A stretch of DNA of 64,000 bases from Syntrophorhabdaceae bacterium (lineage in GTDB: Bacteria > Desulfobacterota > Syntrophorhabdia > Syntrophorhabdales > Syntrophorhabdaceae): NCBI GenBank assembly GCA_963665295.1, contig OY762209.1, positions 1,280,001-1,344,000 of the forward strand, written 5' to 3'. Positions 39,014-48,057 of this stretch are shown piece after piece. Position 1 is the stretch's first letter. Every line of letters begins with the position of its first letter. The notes below the pieces were generated by a model. It worked only from the letters and a program-made list of their open reading frames with translations, had not been told where the DNA came from and ran no database searches. The position numbers and the translations under genes were made by a program.

Positions 39014-41176
39014 TCAGGGGCCCTTCCTGAACTTCGCGGTCACGCTCTGGGCCTTGCTCATGACGACGGTACAGGTGTTGCCCGAAGCAATGCAGCCGGA
39101 CCAGCTCATAAGAGACGAACCGGCGTCAGGGGCAGCGGTGAGGGTTACCTGGGTATTATAGGTGTAGGATGCCTTGCACACGCCCTTGGAGCCGCCTGTG
39201 CAATTGATGCCGCCCGTGTCGCTCGTGACCGTGCCCGCTCCCTTATTTACCGATGAATTTTTCACAGTAAGGGCCTGAGGACCGGCGAATGTGGCCTTCA
39301 CGGTTTGGGCCTTGCTCATGGTGACGGCGCAGGTGGTTCCCGTGCATCCGGGGACAGACCAGCTCATAAGAGACGAACCGGCGTCAGGGGCAGCGGTGAG
39401 GGTTACCTGGGTATTATAGGTGTAGGATGCCTTGCACACGCCCTTGGAGCCGCCTGTGCAATTGATGCCGCCCGTGTCGCTCGTGACCGTGCCCGCACCC
39501 TTGTTTGCCGACGAATTCTTCACGGTAAGCGCTTGAGGACCCGTGAATGTGGCCTTTACGCTCTGGGCCTTGCTCATGACGACGGTACAGGTGTTGCCCG
39601 AAGCAATGCAGCCGGACCAGCCGGTCAAGACGGAGGAAACAGCGGGTGTCGCGGTCAAGGTTACCGTGGTGCCCGCCGCATAGGAAGCGGAGCAGGTGCC
39701 CCCGCAGTCGATGCCCGCAGGTGAGCTTGAGATGGCGCCGTCGCCGTTGTTCTGCCTCACCCTGGCGACGGTAAGCTTCATGGGGTTGGGGACGACGAAT
39801 GTGGCCTTTACATTCCGGGCCTTGCTCATGGTGACGGTGCACGTGTTGCCCGAAGGGGTGCAGCCGGACCAGGAGCCGAATGCGGAGCCCGCGTCGGGGG
39901 TAGCCGTGAGGGTTACGACCGTCTCCTCTGCAAAGATTGCGTTGCATGCCGAGCCGCAGTCGATACCCGGAGGATCGCTCGTGACCGTGCCTGAACCGGA
40001 GCCTGCGCGGGTGACCGCGAGGGTGTAGTTGGTTCCGCTATATAAAAAGGCATGGCACGAGCCGGAGGGGTCGCAGGAATCCCCCGCCACCTGCCCCGTG
40101 CTGTTGATGGCGGCCGCATAACTGTTGGGCCTTCCGGGCAGAACGCCCAGGTCGATCATGGTGCCGCTAAACAGAAAGGCATGACAAAGGCCGGACGCGT
40201 TGCAGGAATCCCCCGCCACCTGCCCCGTGCTGTTGATGACGGCCGCATAACTGGTGGTCCTTCCCGGCAGGACGCCGAGATCGGTCATGACGCCGCCGCT
40301 ATACAGAAAGGCACGGCAAATGTCGGATGAATCGCAGGAATTACCCACCACCTGTCCCGCATCGTTGATGCCGGTAGGAGTACTGTCCGTCATTCCCGGC
40401 AGGACGCCGAGATCGGTCATGACGCCGTTATTGTAAAGAAAAGCATGGCAATTGTTGAATATATCGCAGGACTTCCCCACCACCTGTCCCGCGTCGTTGA
40501 TGCCGACGGCATGACTGTTCTTCATTCCCGGCAGGACGCCGAGATCGGTCATGACGCCGCCGCTATACAGAAAGGCATGGCACGCGTTGGATGAATCGCA
40601 GGAATCCCCTGCCGACTGCCCGGTATTGTTGACCGTGTAGGCTCGACTGTAAATTCTTCCCGGCAGCGCACCCAGGTCGGCGAGAGCGCCGCCGCTATAC
40701 AGAAAGGCGTGCCCGCCGGATTCTCCCGCCACCTGTCCCGCGTCGTTGATGGCCCAGGCAAGACTGGTGGTGCCTCCCGGCAGGAGGCCGAGGTCGGTCA
40801 TGGCGTTGTTTGTGTAAAGGAAGGCGTGGCAAAAGAGGGCCGGGTCGCGGGAATTACCCACCACCTGCCCCGCTTCGTTCATGCCGGAAACATGGCTCAT
40901 GGTGCCTCCCGGCAGGACGCCGAGATCGGTCATGACGCCGTTACGGTAAAGGAAGGCACGGCAAAGGGCTACATCGCATGACCACCCCGCCACCTGTCCC
41001 GCATCGTTGATGAGGGCGGCGGAACTCTCGGTCTTTCCCGGCAGGACGCCGAGATCGGTCATGGCACTGCCCCCGAATGATGTCGCGGGGATCAAGGCGA
41101 CAAAGAAAAGCATATACACAAAGAGGGCTATCCGAGCCTCCCTCCTGTGACCTCCGGACCGGCGACACTCCTCCAT
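39014..41176 (-). CDS. Secreted HAF-repeat propeller protein with four InlB-B/Flg_new-like Ig repeats
   Basis: About 8 repeats of MTDLGVLPG...INDAGQVVG...HAFLY, and C-terminal G.GTVTS..GI.C...VTLTA.P...WSGC repeats. Confidence 0.9.
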   Translation of the reverse strand: MEECRRSGGHRREARIALFVYMLFFVALIPATSFGGSAMTDLGVLPGKTESSAALINDAGQVAGWSCDVALCRAFLYRNGVMTDLGVLPGGTMSHVSGMNEAGQVVGNSRDPALFCHAFLYTNNAMTDLGLLPGGTTSLAWAINDAGQVAGESGGHAFLYSGGALADLGALPGRIYSRAYTVNNTGQSAGDSCDSSNACHAFLYSGGVMTDLGVLPGMKNSHAVGINDAGQVVGKSCDIFNNCHAFLYNNGVMTDLGVLPGMTDSTPTGINDAGQVVGNSCDSSDICRAFLYSGGVMTDLGVLPGRTTSYAAVINSTGQVAGDSCNASGLCHAFLFSGTMIDLGVLPGRPNSYAAAINSTGQVAGDSCDPSGSCHAFLYSGTNYTLAVTRAGSGSGTVTSDPPGIDCGSACNAIFAEETVVTLTATPDAGSAFGSWSGCTPSGNTCTVTMSKARNVKATFVVPNPMKLTVARVRQNNGDGAISSSPAGIDCGGTCSASYAAGTTVTLTATPAVSSVLTGWSGCIASGNTCTVVMSKAQSVKATFTGPQALTVKNSSANKGAGTVTSDTGGINCTGGSKGVCKASYTYNTQVTLTAAPDAGSSLMSWSVPGCTGTTCAVTMSKAQTVKATFAGPQALTVKNSSVNKGAGTVTSDTGGINCTGGSKGVCKASYTYNTQVTLTAAPDAGSSLMSWSGCIASGNTCTVVMSKAQSVTAKFRKGP

Positions 41177-41324
41177 CGTATTCCCCCTTCACCACGGATT
41201 TATACATACTTTGCCGGGTTATTCCATGTTTGTAGCACGGAAGGACGCGCCCGGACGGGAAGAGCAAGGCATTGAGCCCACCGTGCATGCGCTTCGGAGC
41301 GGTCCGTGCCGCTCAGCCATGGCC

Positions 41325-42011
41325 TTACCCGTTTTTCTCGTCAACCTGTTCCCGGTACTCCTTGATTCTATGGGGCAATGCGTAAAGGCACTCAAGCAGA
41401 AAATCGAGAAATCTCACTATGTCGCCGGCGTCTTTCGGGGTAGGCGCCGACTGGCCCGGAACCGGGTGGGCGCCTTCATTTTCCAGCTCCCGAACGGCAT
41501 CGGACCACTCTTTCATTACGGGCGGGAGAATACCCTTCCTGTGCAGGTCCTCGATCCCCTGTTTGAGGTTTTCACCCTCTGCCCGGCTGTCTCTCAGGGC
41601 GATCTGCAGGGCGCTCCTTGCCATGATTACGGCAGCGTCGTAGTTTTTCTCCACCAGGTTCCTCTTGGCCTGCAACCAGTACCGTCCTACCTGCTCGGGC
41701 CAATAGCCGGGATACTCGTCATACTTGAGGGGCCACGGGAGGGTGCGAAAGCTGTGAATGCCGCTTGTCGGGCCGAGGACAAAGCTTGAGGAGGACCACA
41801 GTACCATGACGTAACCTTTGCAGTTTCCACATTCAAGAGTGTCGAAGTTCAGGCGTTTGGAGCTGTTGGGTTTCTTCTTTTCAGCGTGAAACACGGTTTT
41901 AAAGCCGCCTTTCTCAAGACAGAAGGGGCACGCTATTCGCCACAACGCAAGTTCGGCTCCCTGTACGCCCGCGTGCTCACCGAGATCCCACCAGCTATCC
42001 ATCTTATCCAT
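41325..42011 (-). CDS. DUF4145 domain protein with N-terminal Zn ribbon
   Basis: CPFC...CGNC, AAVIMARSALQ, VRELENEGAH and LY.LP. Confidence 0.82.
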   Translation of the reverse strand: MDKMDSWWDLGEHAGVQGAELALWRIACPFCLEKGGFKTVFHAEKKKPNSSKRLNFDTLECGNCKGYVMVLWSSSSFVLGPTSGIHSFRTLPWPLKYDEYPGYWPEQVGRYWLQAKRNLVEKNYDAAVIMARSALQIALRDSRAEGENLKQGIEDLHRKGILPPVMKEWSDAVRELENEGAHPVPGQSAPTPKDAGDIVRFLDFLLECLYALPHRIKEYREQVDEKNG

Positions 42012-42134
42012 GCCTTATCTCCCCCGTTTTGCCGGCCATGACAATTAATCCGTTGCGAACACGAATTTCCGAAATATTAGTATTTACAGGATATGTTGTC
42101 AACATTAAGGATGCTCAAAGTCCATTCCGGCGCA

Positions 42135-42379
42135 ATGTTCGCAGTGACGCCGTGGTTTTACCGCAGACCCGCCGCAAGAACACGAGTCCGGGGCAGATGC
42201 TTTCTGCGGGGTTGGGAAGGTTGCAGGGTTGGGAAGGTTGCAGGGTTGGGAAGGTTGCAGGGTTGGGAAGGTTGCAGGGTTGGGAAGGTTGCAGGGTTGG
42301 GAGAAGGCCGGGCGGGGAGGGGTTTTCCCGGATGCTCCCTGACGGTGAAATGTTGACCCATGACCCAATTCCACTGCCC
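42135..42379 (+). repeat. Dispersed non-coding repeat, longest copy B (contains a tandem array)
   Basis: The left part matches the reverse complement of 47182-47305, and the right part matches 36816-36887. Confidence 0.85.
42209..42302 (+). repeat. 17-bp perfect tandem repeat (GGGTTGGGAAGGTTGCA) x5.5
   Basis: Units start at 42209, 42226, 42243, 42260 and 42277, with a partial unit at 42294. Confidence 0.97.
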
Positions 42380-42499
42380 TCGGTGCGCAGTGCGCAGGAA
42401 GTCCTTGTCTATCCGGCCGTTGGCAGCCCGCAAAGCCCGCAGGTCCTGTCATGCCCGATCCGCCTGTCCGGCGCATGGTGGCGCAAAAACCGCGCCACC

Positions 42500-42574
42500 G
42501 GTCAATGGAATTGAATGGGTCCCCACCATTCCACCAGAATGCTCGCCACCGGCAAAACCCCTCCCCACCCGGCC
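42500..42574 (-). repeat. Dispersed non-coding repeat, inverted degenerate copy C
   Basis: Reverse complement GGCCGGGTGGGGAGGGGTTTTGCCGG...GACCCAT..CAATTCCATTG aligns to 42306-42376. Confidence 0.75.
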
Positions 42575-42719
42575 CCGACCGTTGGGATTGTGTTGAGGGT
42601 ATTACAGATTACATGAACCTGCAAGCCGGGATATCTGGCCGCAAGATAGACGCTATATGAGTGACTCGGGGATGGTCTTCCAGGGGCCGTCCCCCCTGAA
42701 CTCTCAACCTTGAAACACC

Positions 42720-42748
42720 TTGACACGTTCCCATGTGACGGTCATACT
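42720..42748 (+). promoter_or_regulatory. Sigma70-type promoter
   Basis: TTGACA-N17-CATACT upstream of the SBBP gene. Confidence 0.6.
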
Positions 42749-42771
42749 TATGAAACCGACGAGGGTTTTTA

Positions 42772-45700
42772 ATGAACGCTGAGTGCCATCAGACTATTTT
42801 TGAGCAATCCGGGGGAATGTCCACTTCAGGCAGACTATGCAAGAGACGCCATGCGTTCAGGGCAGAACGGAGGGCCAGAGCAGCACACAGGGTTGTCCGG
42901 TTTTTTTGCCTCGCGCTCCTTGCCTTCTTGGTTTTTCCTCTCCCTTCCTTCGGCTCAAATATACCCTCCAAGAAAGAAATAACGCGGAAGCTGATCGGTC
43001 TTTCTATTCCCTTCGTTGCCAACGAAGGGCAGATTGACAGGGATATCGCCTACTATGCCCGGACATTCGCAGGGACCATTTATGTCACGAAGGAAGGCTC
43101 CATGACCTATTCCCTCCGTAAGGGGGACAGGCGGGCCGCGTTTAAGGAAGAGGTCTCAGGGGTCAACAACCCCGTTCCTATCGGACAGGAACCCTCAGTC
43201 ACAAAGATAAGTTCCTTCAAGGGGAATGACCCTTCCAAATGGAGAAGCAATATTTCCTCCTTCAATACTGTTTCCTTGGGGGAGATCAAACCGGGCATCA
43301 TCCTTTCCCTCAAGGCCCACGGAAATAACGTGGAGAAAGTGTTTACCGTAAACCCGGGCACAACCCCTTCCATCTTCATGAAACTCTCCGGCATCAGGGA
43401 CCTCAACCTCACCGAAACGGGAGAGCTTGAGGTAATGACCGGTTCAGGTTCCTCCACCTTCACCAAACCGGTCGCATACCAGGAGGTCGAAGGAAACCGG
43501 GTATACGTGCCTATAGCCTATATGCTTGGAGACAACGCGTCCGAATGGGCCCTGGGAGATGAGCCCGAAGATGCCGGACGGATCTACGGTTTTGCGGTAG
43601 GGACCTATGACACTGCCAAGCCCTTAACGATCGATCCGCTGTTGGCGAGTACGTTTCTGGGCGGCAGCCGTGACAACTGTCCCGATACTATCATCCTTGA
43701 TCTCCAGGGGAATGTATTTGTGGCAGGATATACTGATTCCCTCGATTTTCCTACGACTGAAGGAGCGTACAGACGGGAACTGAACGGGGTCCTGGACGAC
43801 GTATTCATCGTCAAAATGGATAGCGCCCTCGCTTCATTGCTCTCCGGTACCTATATTGGAGGGACAGGAGATGATCTGAATAGCGGTATTGCCCTGGATA
43901 CGCTCGGTAACCTTTACATAGCCGGGCTAACATTTTCGAGGGACTTTCCTACCACTGAAGGAGCCTACGACCGTACCTTGAAAGGTATGCCCGCCGCCTT
44001 TATCGCAAAGCTGGACAATTCCCTTACCTCTCTTCTTGCATCAACCTATTTCGGAGGAAGTGGTGCGAACCGGGCGGACGGAGGAGTTGTGCTTGATCGT
44101 TCGGGTAACGTCTATGTTGCCGGAGTCACGACGTCGCCTGATTTCCCCACCACAAAGGGGGCATATCAGAGAGCCTATTATGGCGGCATGGTGGTTTTCA
44201 TCTCCAAATTCGACAGTTCCCTCGCCGCCCTCAGGGCATCCACGCTTTTGGGAGGGGATGCGACCGCAGGGCCTTCCTCCCTGGCACTCGATCCCTGGGG
44301 GAACGTGTATGTGGCAGGTTCCACTTCCGGGGCCTTCCCGACGACCAAGGACGCATATCAGCGTTGGCACCACGGGGAGTATTTAACGGACGGGTTCATC
44401 TCCAAACTGGATAATACTCTCGGCCATTTGCTCGCTTCCACGTACCTTGGAGGTGAGTACGAGGATGGTGTGACATCCCTCGCGCTCGGCCCGTCAGGGG
44501 ACGTATATGTGGGCGGGTGGACCTATTCCCCGGATTTCCCTACCAGCGCGGGGGCATTTATGCCCGCGTACCAGGGGTACGGTGATGCGTTTATCTCAAG
44601 GCTGGATAGTTCGCTCACCACACTTTTGGCCTCAACCTATCTCGGCGGGACAGGGTACGATACGGCTGGTATCATCCTTGATCCCTTGCTCGGGACCGTC
44701 TATGCGACCGGCTATACGGGTTCCACCGACTTTCCCACCACGGAAGGCGCATACAGCGGAACGTTTAACGGGGGAGACTGGGACGCCTTTATTTCAAGAC
44801 TCGACCCCTCATTGGGACAGTTCTTTGCTTCTACCTATCTGGGAGGAAACGATGCCGACGCCGGTTGGGACGTCGCGCTCGATCCCTCCGGCAATGTCTA
44901 TGTTGCCGGCACAACGGGTTCTCATAACTTCCCCACCACCGAGGGGGCGTACGATCGCACGTGGCATACCGGCTTCATCTCCAAATTAGATCCCAACTTC
45001 GGCACCCCCGGCGAGTATTTCCCCCTTACGGTATATCTCGGAGGCAACCAGAAGGGGAGCGTAACGGGTCAGTACCTCGTCTGCGGTCAGAACCCTTGTC
45101 CCGGGGTCTACGTGTCAGGGGCAAGTATTACACTTACCGCCTCCGCCACTCAGGGTTCTTCCTTTCAGGAGTGGGTGGGTTGTGATACCACTACCGGGAA
45201 TGTCTGTGCCCTTACCATGAATACCGCGAGGACCGTAACCGCCGTTTTCCTCTCTTCCCCCCGCATCTCAGTGCGCCCCAGGAGTATCAACTTCGGAACC
45301 ATAGGCCACGCCTCTCCCTCGAAGGTCATTACTATCAAGAATAACGGAAGCGCCGACCTTACGATTACCGGCCTTGCCTTTACCGGTCCCAATGCTTCCG
45401 AATTCACCGAAACGGACACCTGTGCTCAACCTGTCGTAAAAGGGGGAAGCTGCGTGATTGTCGTGCAGATTGTCCCCACCTCCTATGAGAAGAAATCGGC
45501 CGTCCTCACCATACCCTCGAACGACCCGGAATATCCCTCCATCACCGTTGACCTCAAGGGGACCGCCTCTCCCCCGAAGATATCCGTATCCCCCGGTTCC
45601 ATGAACTTCGGAACCCTCTCTCTTGGAAAAGTCTCCACCAAGAAGATCACCCTCAAGAACAACGGACCCGCCGACCTTATGATAGGCTCCATTACCCTCG

Positions 45701-45885
45701 ACGACCCTTATAGCCGGTTCTCCGTGTCCCACGACTGCTCCGTCCTTCCCAAAGGGACGACCTGCGTGATCACTACGACCTTTACCCCGGTCTCCGTCGG
45801 TCCTGCCACGGCAAATATTGCGATCTCTTCCACCGATCCGGCGCATCCTTCGGTGGAGGTGGGCCTCAAGGGGAAGGGAAAATGA
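42772..45885 (+). CDS. Secreted SBBP beta-propeller protein with InlB-B-like and two ASPM/choice-of-anchor-D-like Ig domains
   Basis: PFVANEGQ, LTIDPLLASTFLGG, repeats D..GNVYVAG.T.S.DFPTT.GAY, and INFG...ITIKNNG.ADL.I. Start uncertain. Confidence 0.9.
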   Translation: MNAECHQTIFEQSGGMSTSGRLCKRRHAFRAERRARAAHRVVRFFCLALLAFLVFPLPSFGSNIPSKKEITRKLIGLSIPFVANEGQIDRDIAYYARTFAGTIYVTKEGSMTYSLRKGDRRAAFKEEVSGVNNPVPIGQEPSVTKISSFKGNDPSKWRSNISSFNTVSLGEIKPGIILSLKAHGNNVEKVFTVNPGTTPSIFMKLSGIRDLNLTETGELEVMTGSGSSTFTKPVAYQEVEGNRVYVPIAYMLGDNASEWALGDEPEDAGRIYGFAVGTYDTAKPLTIDPLLASTFLGGSRDNCPDTIILDLQGNVFVAGYTDSLDFPTTEGAYRRELNGVLDDVFIVKMDSALASLLSGTYIGGTGDDLNSGIALDTLGNLYIAGLTFSRDFPTTEGAYDRTLKGMPAAFIAKLDNSLTSLLASTYFGGSGANRADGGVVLDRSGNVYVAGVTTSPDFPTTKGAYQRAYYGGMVVFISKFDSSLAALRASTLLGGDATAGPSSLALDPWGNVYVAGSTSGAFPTTKDAYQRWHHGEYLTDGFISKLDNTLGHLLASTYLGGEYEDGVTSLALGPSGDVYVGGWTYSPDFPTSAGAFMPAYQGYGDAFISRLDSSLTTLLASTYLGGTGYDTAGIILDPLLGTVYATGYTGSTDFPTTEGAYSGTFNGGDWDAFISRLDPSLGQFFASTYLGGNDADAGWDVALDPSGNVYVAGTTGSHNFPTTEGAYDRTWHTGFISKLDPNFGTPGEYFPLTVYLGGNQKGSVTGQYLVCGQNPCPGVYVSGASITLTASATQGSSFQEWVGCDTTTGNVCALTMNTARTVTAVFLSSPRISVRPRSINFGTIGHASPSKVITIKNNGSADLTITGLAFTGPNASEFTETDTCAQPVVKGGSCVIVVQIVPTSYEKKSAVLTIPSNDPEYPSITVDLKGTASPPKISVSPGSMNFGTLSLGKVSTKKITLKNNGPADLMIGSITLDDPYSRFSVSHDCSVLPKGTTCVITTTFTPVSVGPATANIAISSTDPAHPSVEVGLKGKGK

Positions 45886-46033
45886 GTTGATTAACCTTTG
45901 CGGGAAATGGTATAAACCGAACCTTAACAGGCCTGTTTTGTCCTGTGTTGATGTCTTGTTTGGGGGCCCGGACGTCAACAATTCAACAACTCAGGCTGGG
46001 AAAAACCGGTTTGGCTTCCTTGTTTGGGGTCAG

Positions 46034-47162
46034 AGTCAAAGGCCCATGCGCCTGCAAGCCATGTATATGGGCCTTTTACCTCAGTCTCAAACTGGAGTTG
46101 CAGATGGCTGGGGCAAAGGGAATCATGGTGACCAGGGCTGACTTCCTGCGTTCGCCGAGTGCTTCAAAAGGTTTTTCTTGCAAGACACCTTCAATAGGGA
46201 GAGAATAAGTACGAAGAGGAAGATTGACCCAATCCGGTAGTCGGAGACCTAATTTCACTCTTCAGCTTGTAACGTGTTAAAAGACGATAAGTATGAACCA
46301 ACCATCTTAACCGAAAAGGATGTTCGGACGGATCGGATACGGTTTTTCAGAAGAACGAGGGCGACGAGGGATTTATAGGGAGGGGCGTGCGAGCATCGTT
46401 GAGGACTTATGGTGGGAGCAATCGTTCTTTGCAGGAAAGTTTGATCGTCCTAAAGGAGACGAGCCTGCAAAAATAAGGGCAACAGAACTATCAGGGGGAA
46501 TTGTAGATGACAGCATTTCAAAAGATAGAGCTTCTGGGATTGGGTTTTATCTTGATTTCAGTCGGGTGGGAGCTTTTCTTTACCAGAACGCTGGATTCGA
46601 TGAAAGAAGATATCAAGTGGAACATCCTGATGTATAGGCTTGATCAACTGCATGATCGTCAACATGACCTGCAACAGCATATCGACTACAAAATCTATGA
46701 GGTCAAGTCCGGTAAACCTCTTCAGGGTGTACCGCTATCGAAGCATTGGAACAACTCGGCATCGGAGGACTCGCTGGCCAAGGTCGCTGACCAAAACAAG
46801 TATTTTTACGCACTGAAGCTGGTGCTGTACCTTTTGGGCGGCACTATGGTCCTTTTCGCTAAGTTTGGGGATTATTCCAATTCGCCTTCTAAACGTCAGA
46901 CATTATCTGAACAGAAAGGACCGGTCGTGAGTTGCGCTTTCGATGCCACGACCTTCAGACAGTGGTACGAGGTCCGCACAACCACGCCGAACAAGAGCAG
47001 CTTGGTGATATTGAAGAACAATGATAACATTATGGGGTGGCGGTCCGGCCGCTGATACTAAATTTGTTTGTGAAAAGGAAGGTGAGGACCGGGACGTCCT
47101 TCAACGATTCAATCGTTCAGCCGGAAGAAGCCGAGATCAAAGTCAAAGGCCCATGCGCCTGC
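46034..47162 (+). repeat. Direct repeat pair flanking an AT-rich segment
   Basis: Identical 22-mer AGTCAAAGGCCCATGCGCCTGC at 46034-46055 and 47141-47162, with weaker similarity extending upstream of each. Confidence 0.85.
46507..47055 (+). CDS. Hypothetical membrane protein
   Basis: 182-aa ORF with two hydrophobic helices, GGGGGA RBS and lower GC. Confidence 0.6.
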   Translation: MTAFQKIELLGLGFILISVGWELFFTRTLDSMKEDIKWNILMYRLDQLHDRQHDLQQHIDYKIYEVKSGKPLQGVPLSKHWNNSASEDSLAKVADQNKYFYALKLVLYLLGGTMVLFAKFGDYSNSPSKRQTLSEQKGPVVSCAFDATTFRQWYEVRTTTPNKSSLVILKNNDNIMGWRSGR

Positions 47163-47181
47163 TTGCAGGCGTGGTAATCAG

Positions 47182-47364
47182 TAATACCCTCTCCGCCTGG
47201 CCTTCTCCCAATCCCGTAGAAAACATCTGCCCCGGACTCGTGTTCTCGCGGCGGGTCTGCACTGCGGGTCCGTACTGTAGTAAAGCCGGGATGTCACTGA
47301 ACGATGGGTAAAGATGGGTCGGCCTTTTCATGCCGCCGGGTTACCGGGAAACCCCTCCCCGCCC
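47182..47364 (-). repeat. Dispersed non-coding repeat, inverted copies D (47182-47305) and E (47312-47364)
   Basis: CATCTGCCCCGGACTCGTGTTCT.GCGGCGGGTCTGC is the reverse complement of 42163-42199. GGGAAACCCCTCCCCGCCC is the reverse complement of the core at 42310-42329 with one gap. Confidence 0.85.
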
Positions 47365-47564
47365 AAGGCTTCCGCCCGACGCTTCCGGCCGCAGCGTCTC
47401 CCGCGTCGCCGCCCCGCGCATACCGGCTGCCTGCGCTGTATGTTTCGTGCAAGTTTTTGCGCTTAGGTGCCGGATGCCGTTTCGCGCCGTTCCACGGGCA
47501 CGATGGGCCGCCGGGCGTGCCGCACCTTGCCGGGCGCTTTTTACCTGGAAGCCGGGCTGACCTC

Positions 47565-47906
47565 TTAGTCCGGGTAGGCTGCTACCACGAGGATTACCAT
47601 CATGGTTTCTTTTGTGTTTGTGAGGCTGTGGGGGTCGCCGGCGGGGAGCCAGATGGCGTCTCCTTCCTTTACCTCCCTTTCTTCGGTCCCCACTTTCATT
47701 ATTCCGCCGCCGTTCATGATGAAGTAGATCTCTTCCACTTCGTCCACGTGTTCCTCTATCACGTTTCCGGGGGGCAGCATGGCGTAGGCCAGGAATTCCA
47801 TGGATTTGAGAAATTGGCTCGTCATTATCATCCGGGCCACCGCGCCCCGGTGGGCGACGTAGGTAGTGGCAAGTACTTCGGGGTCGGTCATGTTTCGTAC
47901 GATCAT
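47565..47906 (-). CDS. Cupin domain protein
   Basis: H.D..EEIYFI..G.G and GDAIWLPAG.PHSL.N. Confidence 0.9.
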   Translation of the reverse strand: MIVRNMTDPEVLATTYVAHRGAVARMIMTSQFLKSMEFLAYAMLPPGNVIEEHVDEVEEIYFIMNGGGIMKVGTEEREVKEGDAIWLPAGDPHSLTNTKETMMVILVVAAYPD

Positions 47907-48057
47907 TTCGCCTCTCAATCAAAAAGTTTGTTCTGTCCATTATGTACGTAAAAGGCAATCATGTCAACTCTTTTAGCCGGTGCGGGCGGCGCGGGAAAGG
48001 GGCCCCGGGGCTTCATTTCCGTTGATTTCCCGTATACAGTCTAGTATTCTAGGCTAT

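Noticed and set aside
39014..41176. DGR template/variable repeat pair
   Set aside because: The duplications are in-frame and identical, without adenine-specific differences, and there is no reverse transcriptase in the window.
42209..42302. Possible CRISPR array
   Set aside because: The units are contiguous 17-mers with no spacers, and no cas genes are in the window.
42029..42660. Short ORFs across the tandem array
   Set aside because: They are translations of non-coding repeats in several frames, with no RBS or domain support.
29906..47600. Integron cassette array
   Set aside because: Genes lie in mixed orientation, no repeated attC (RYYYAAC...GTTRRRY) structures were recognised, and there is no integrase.
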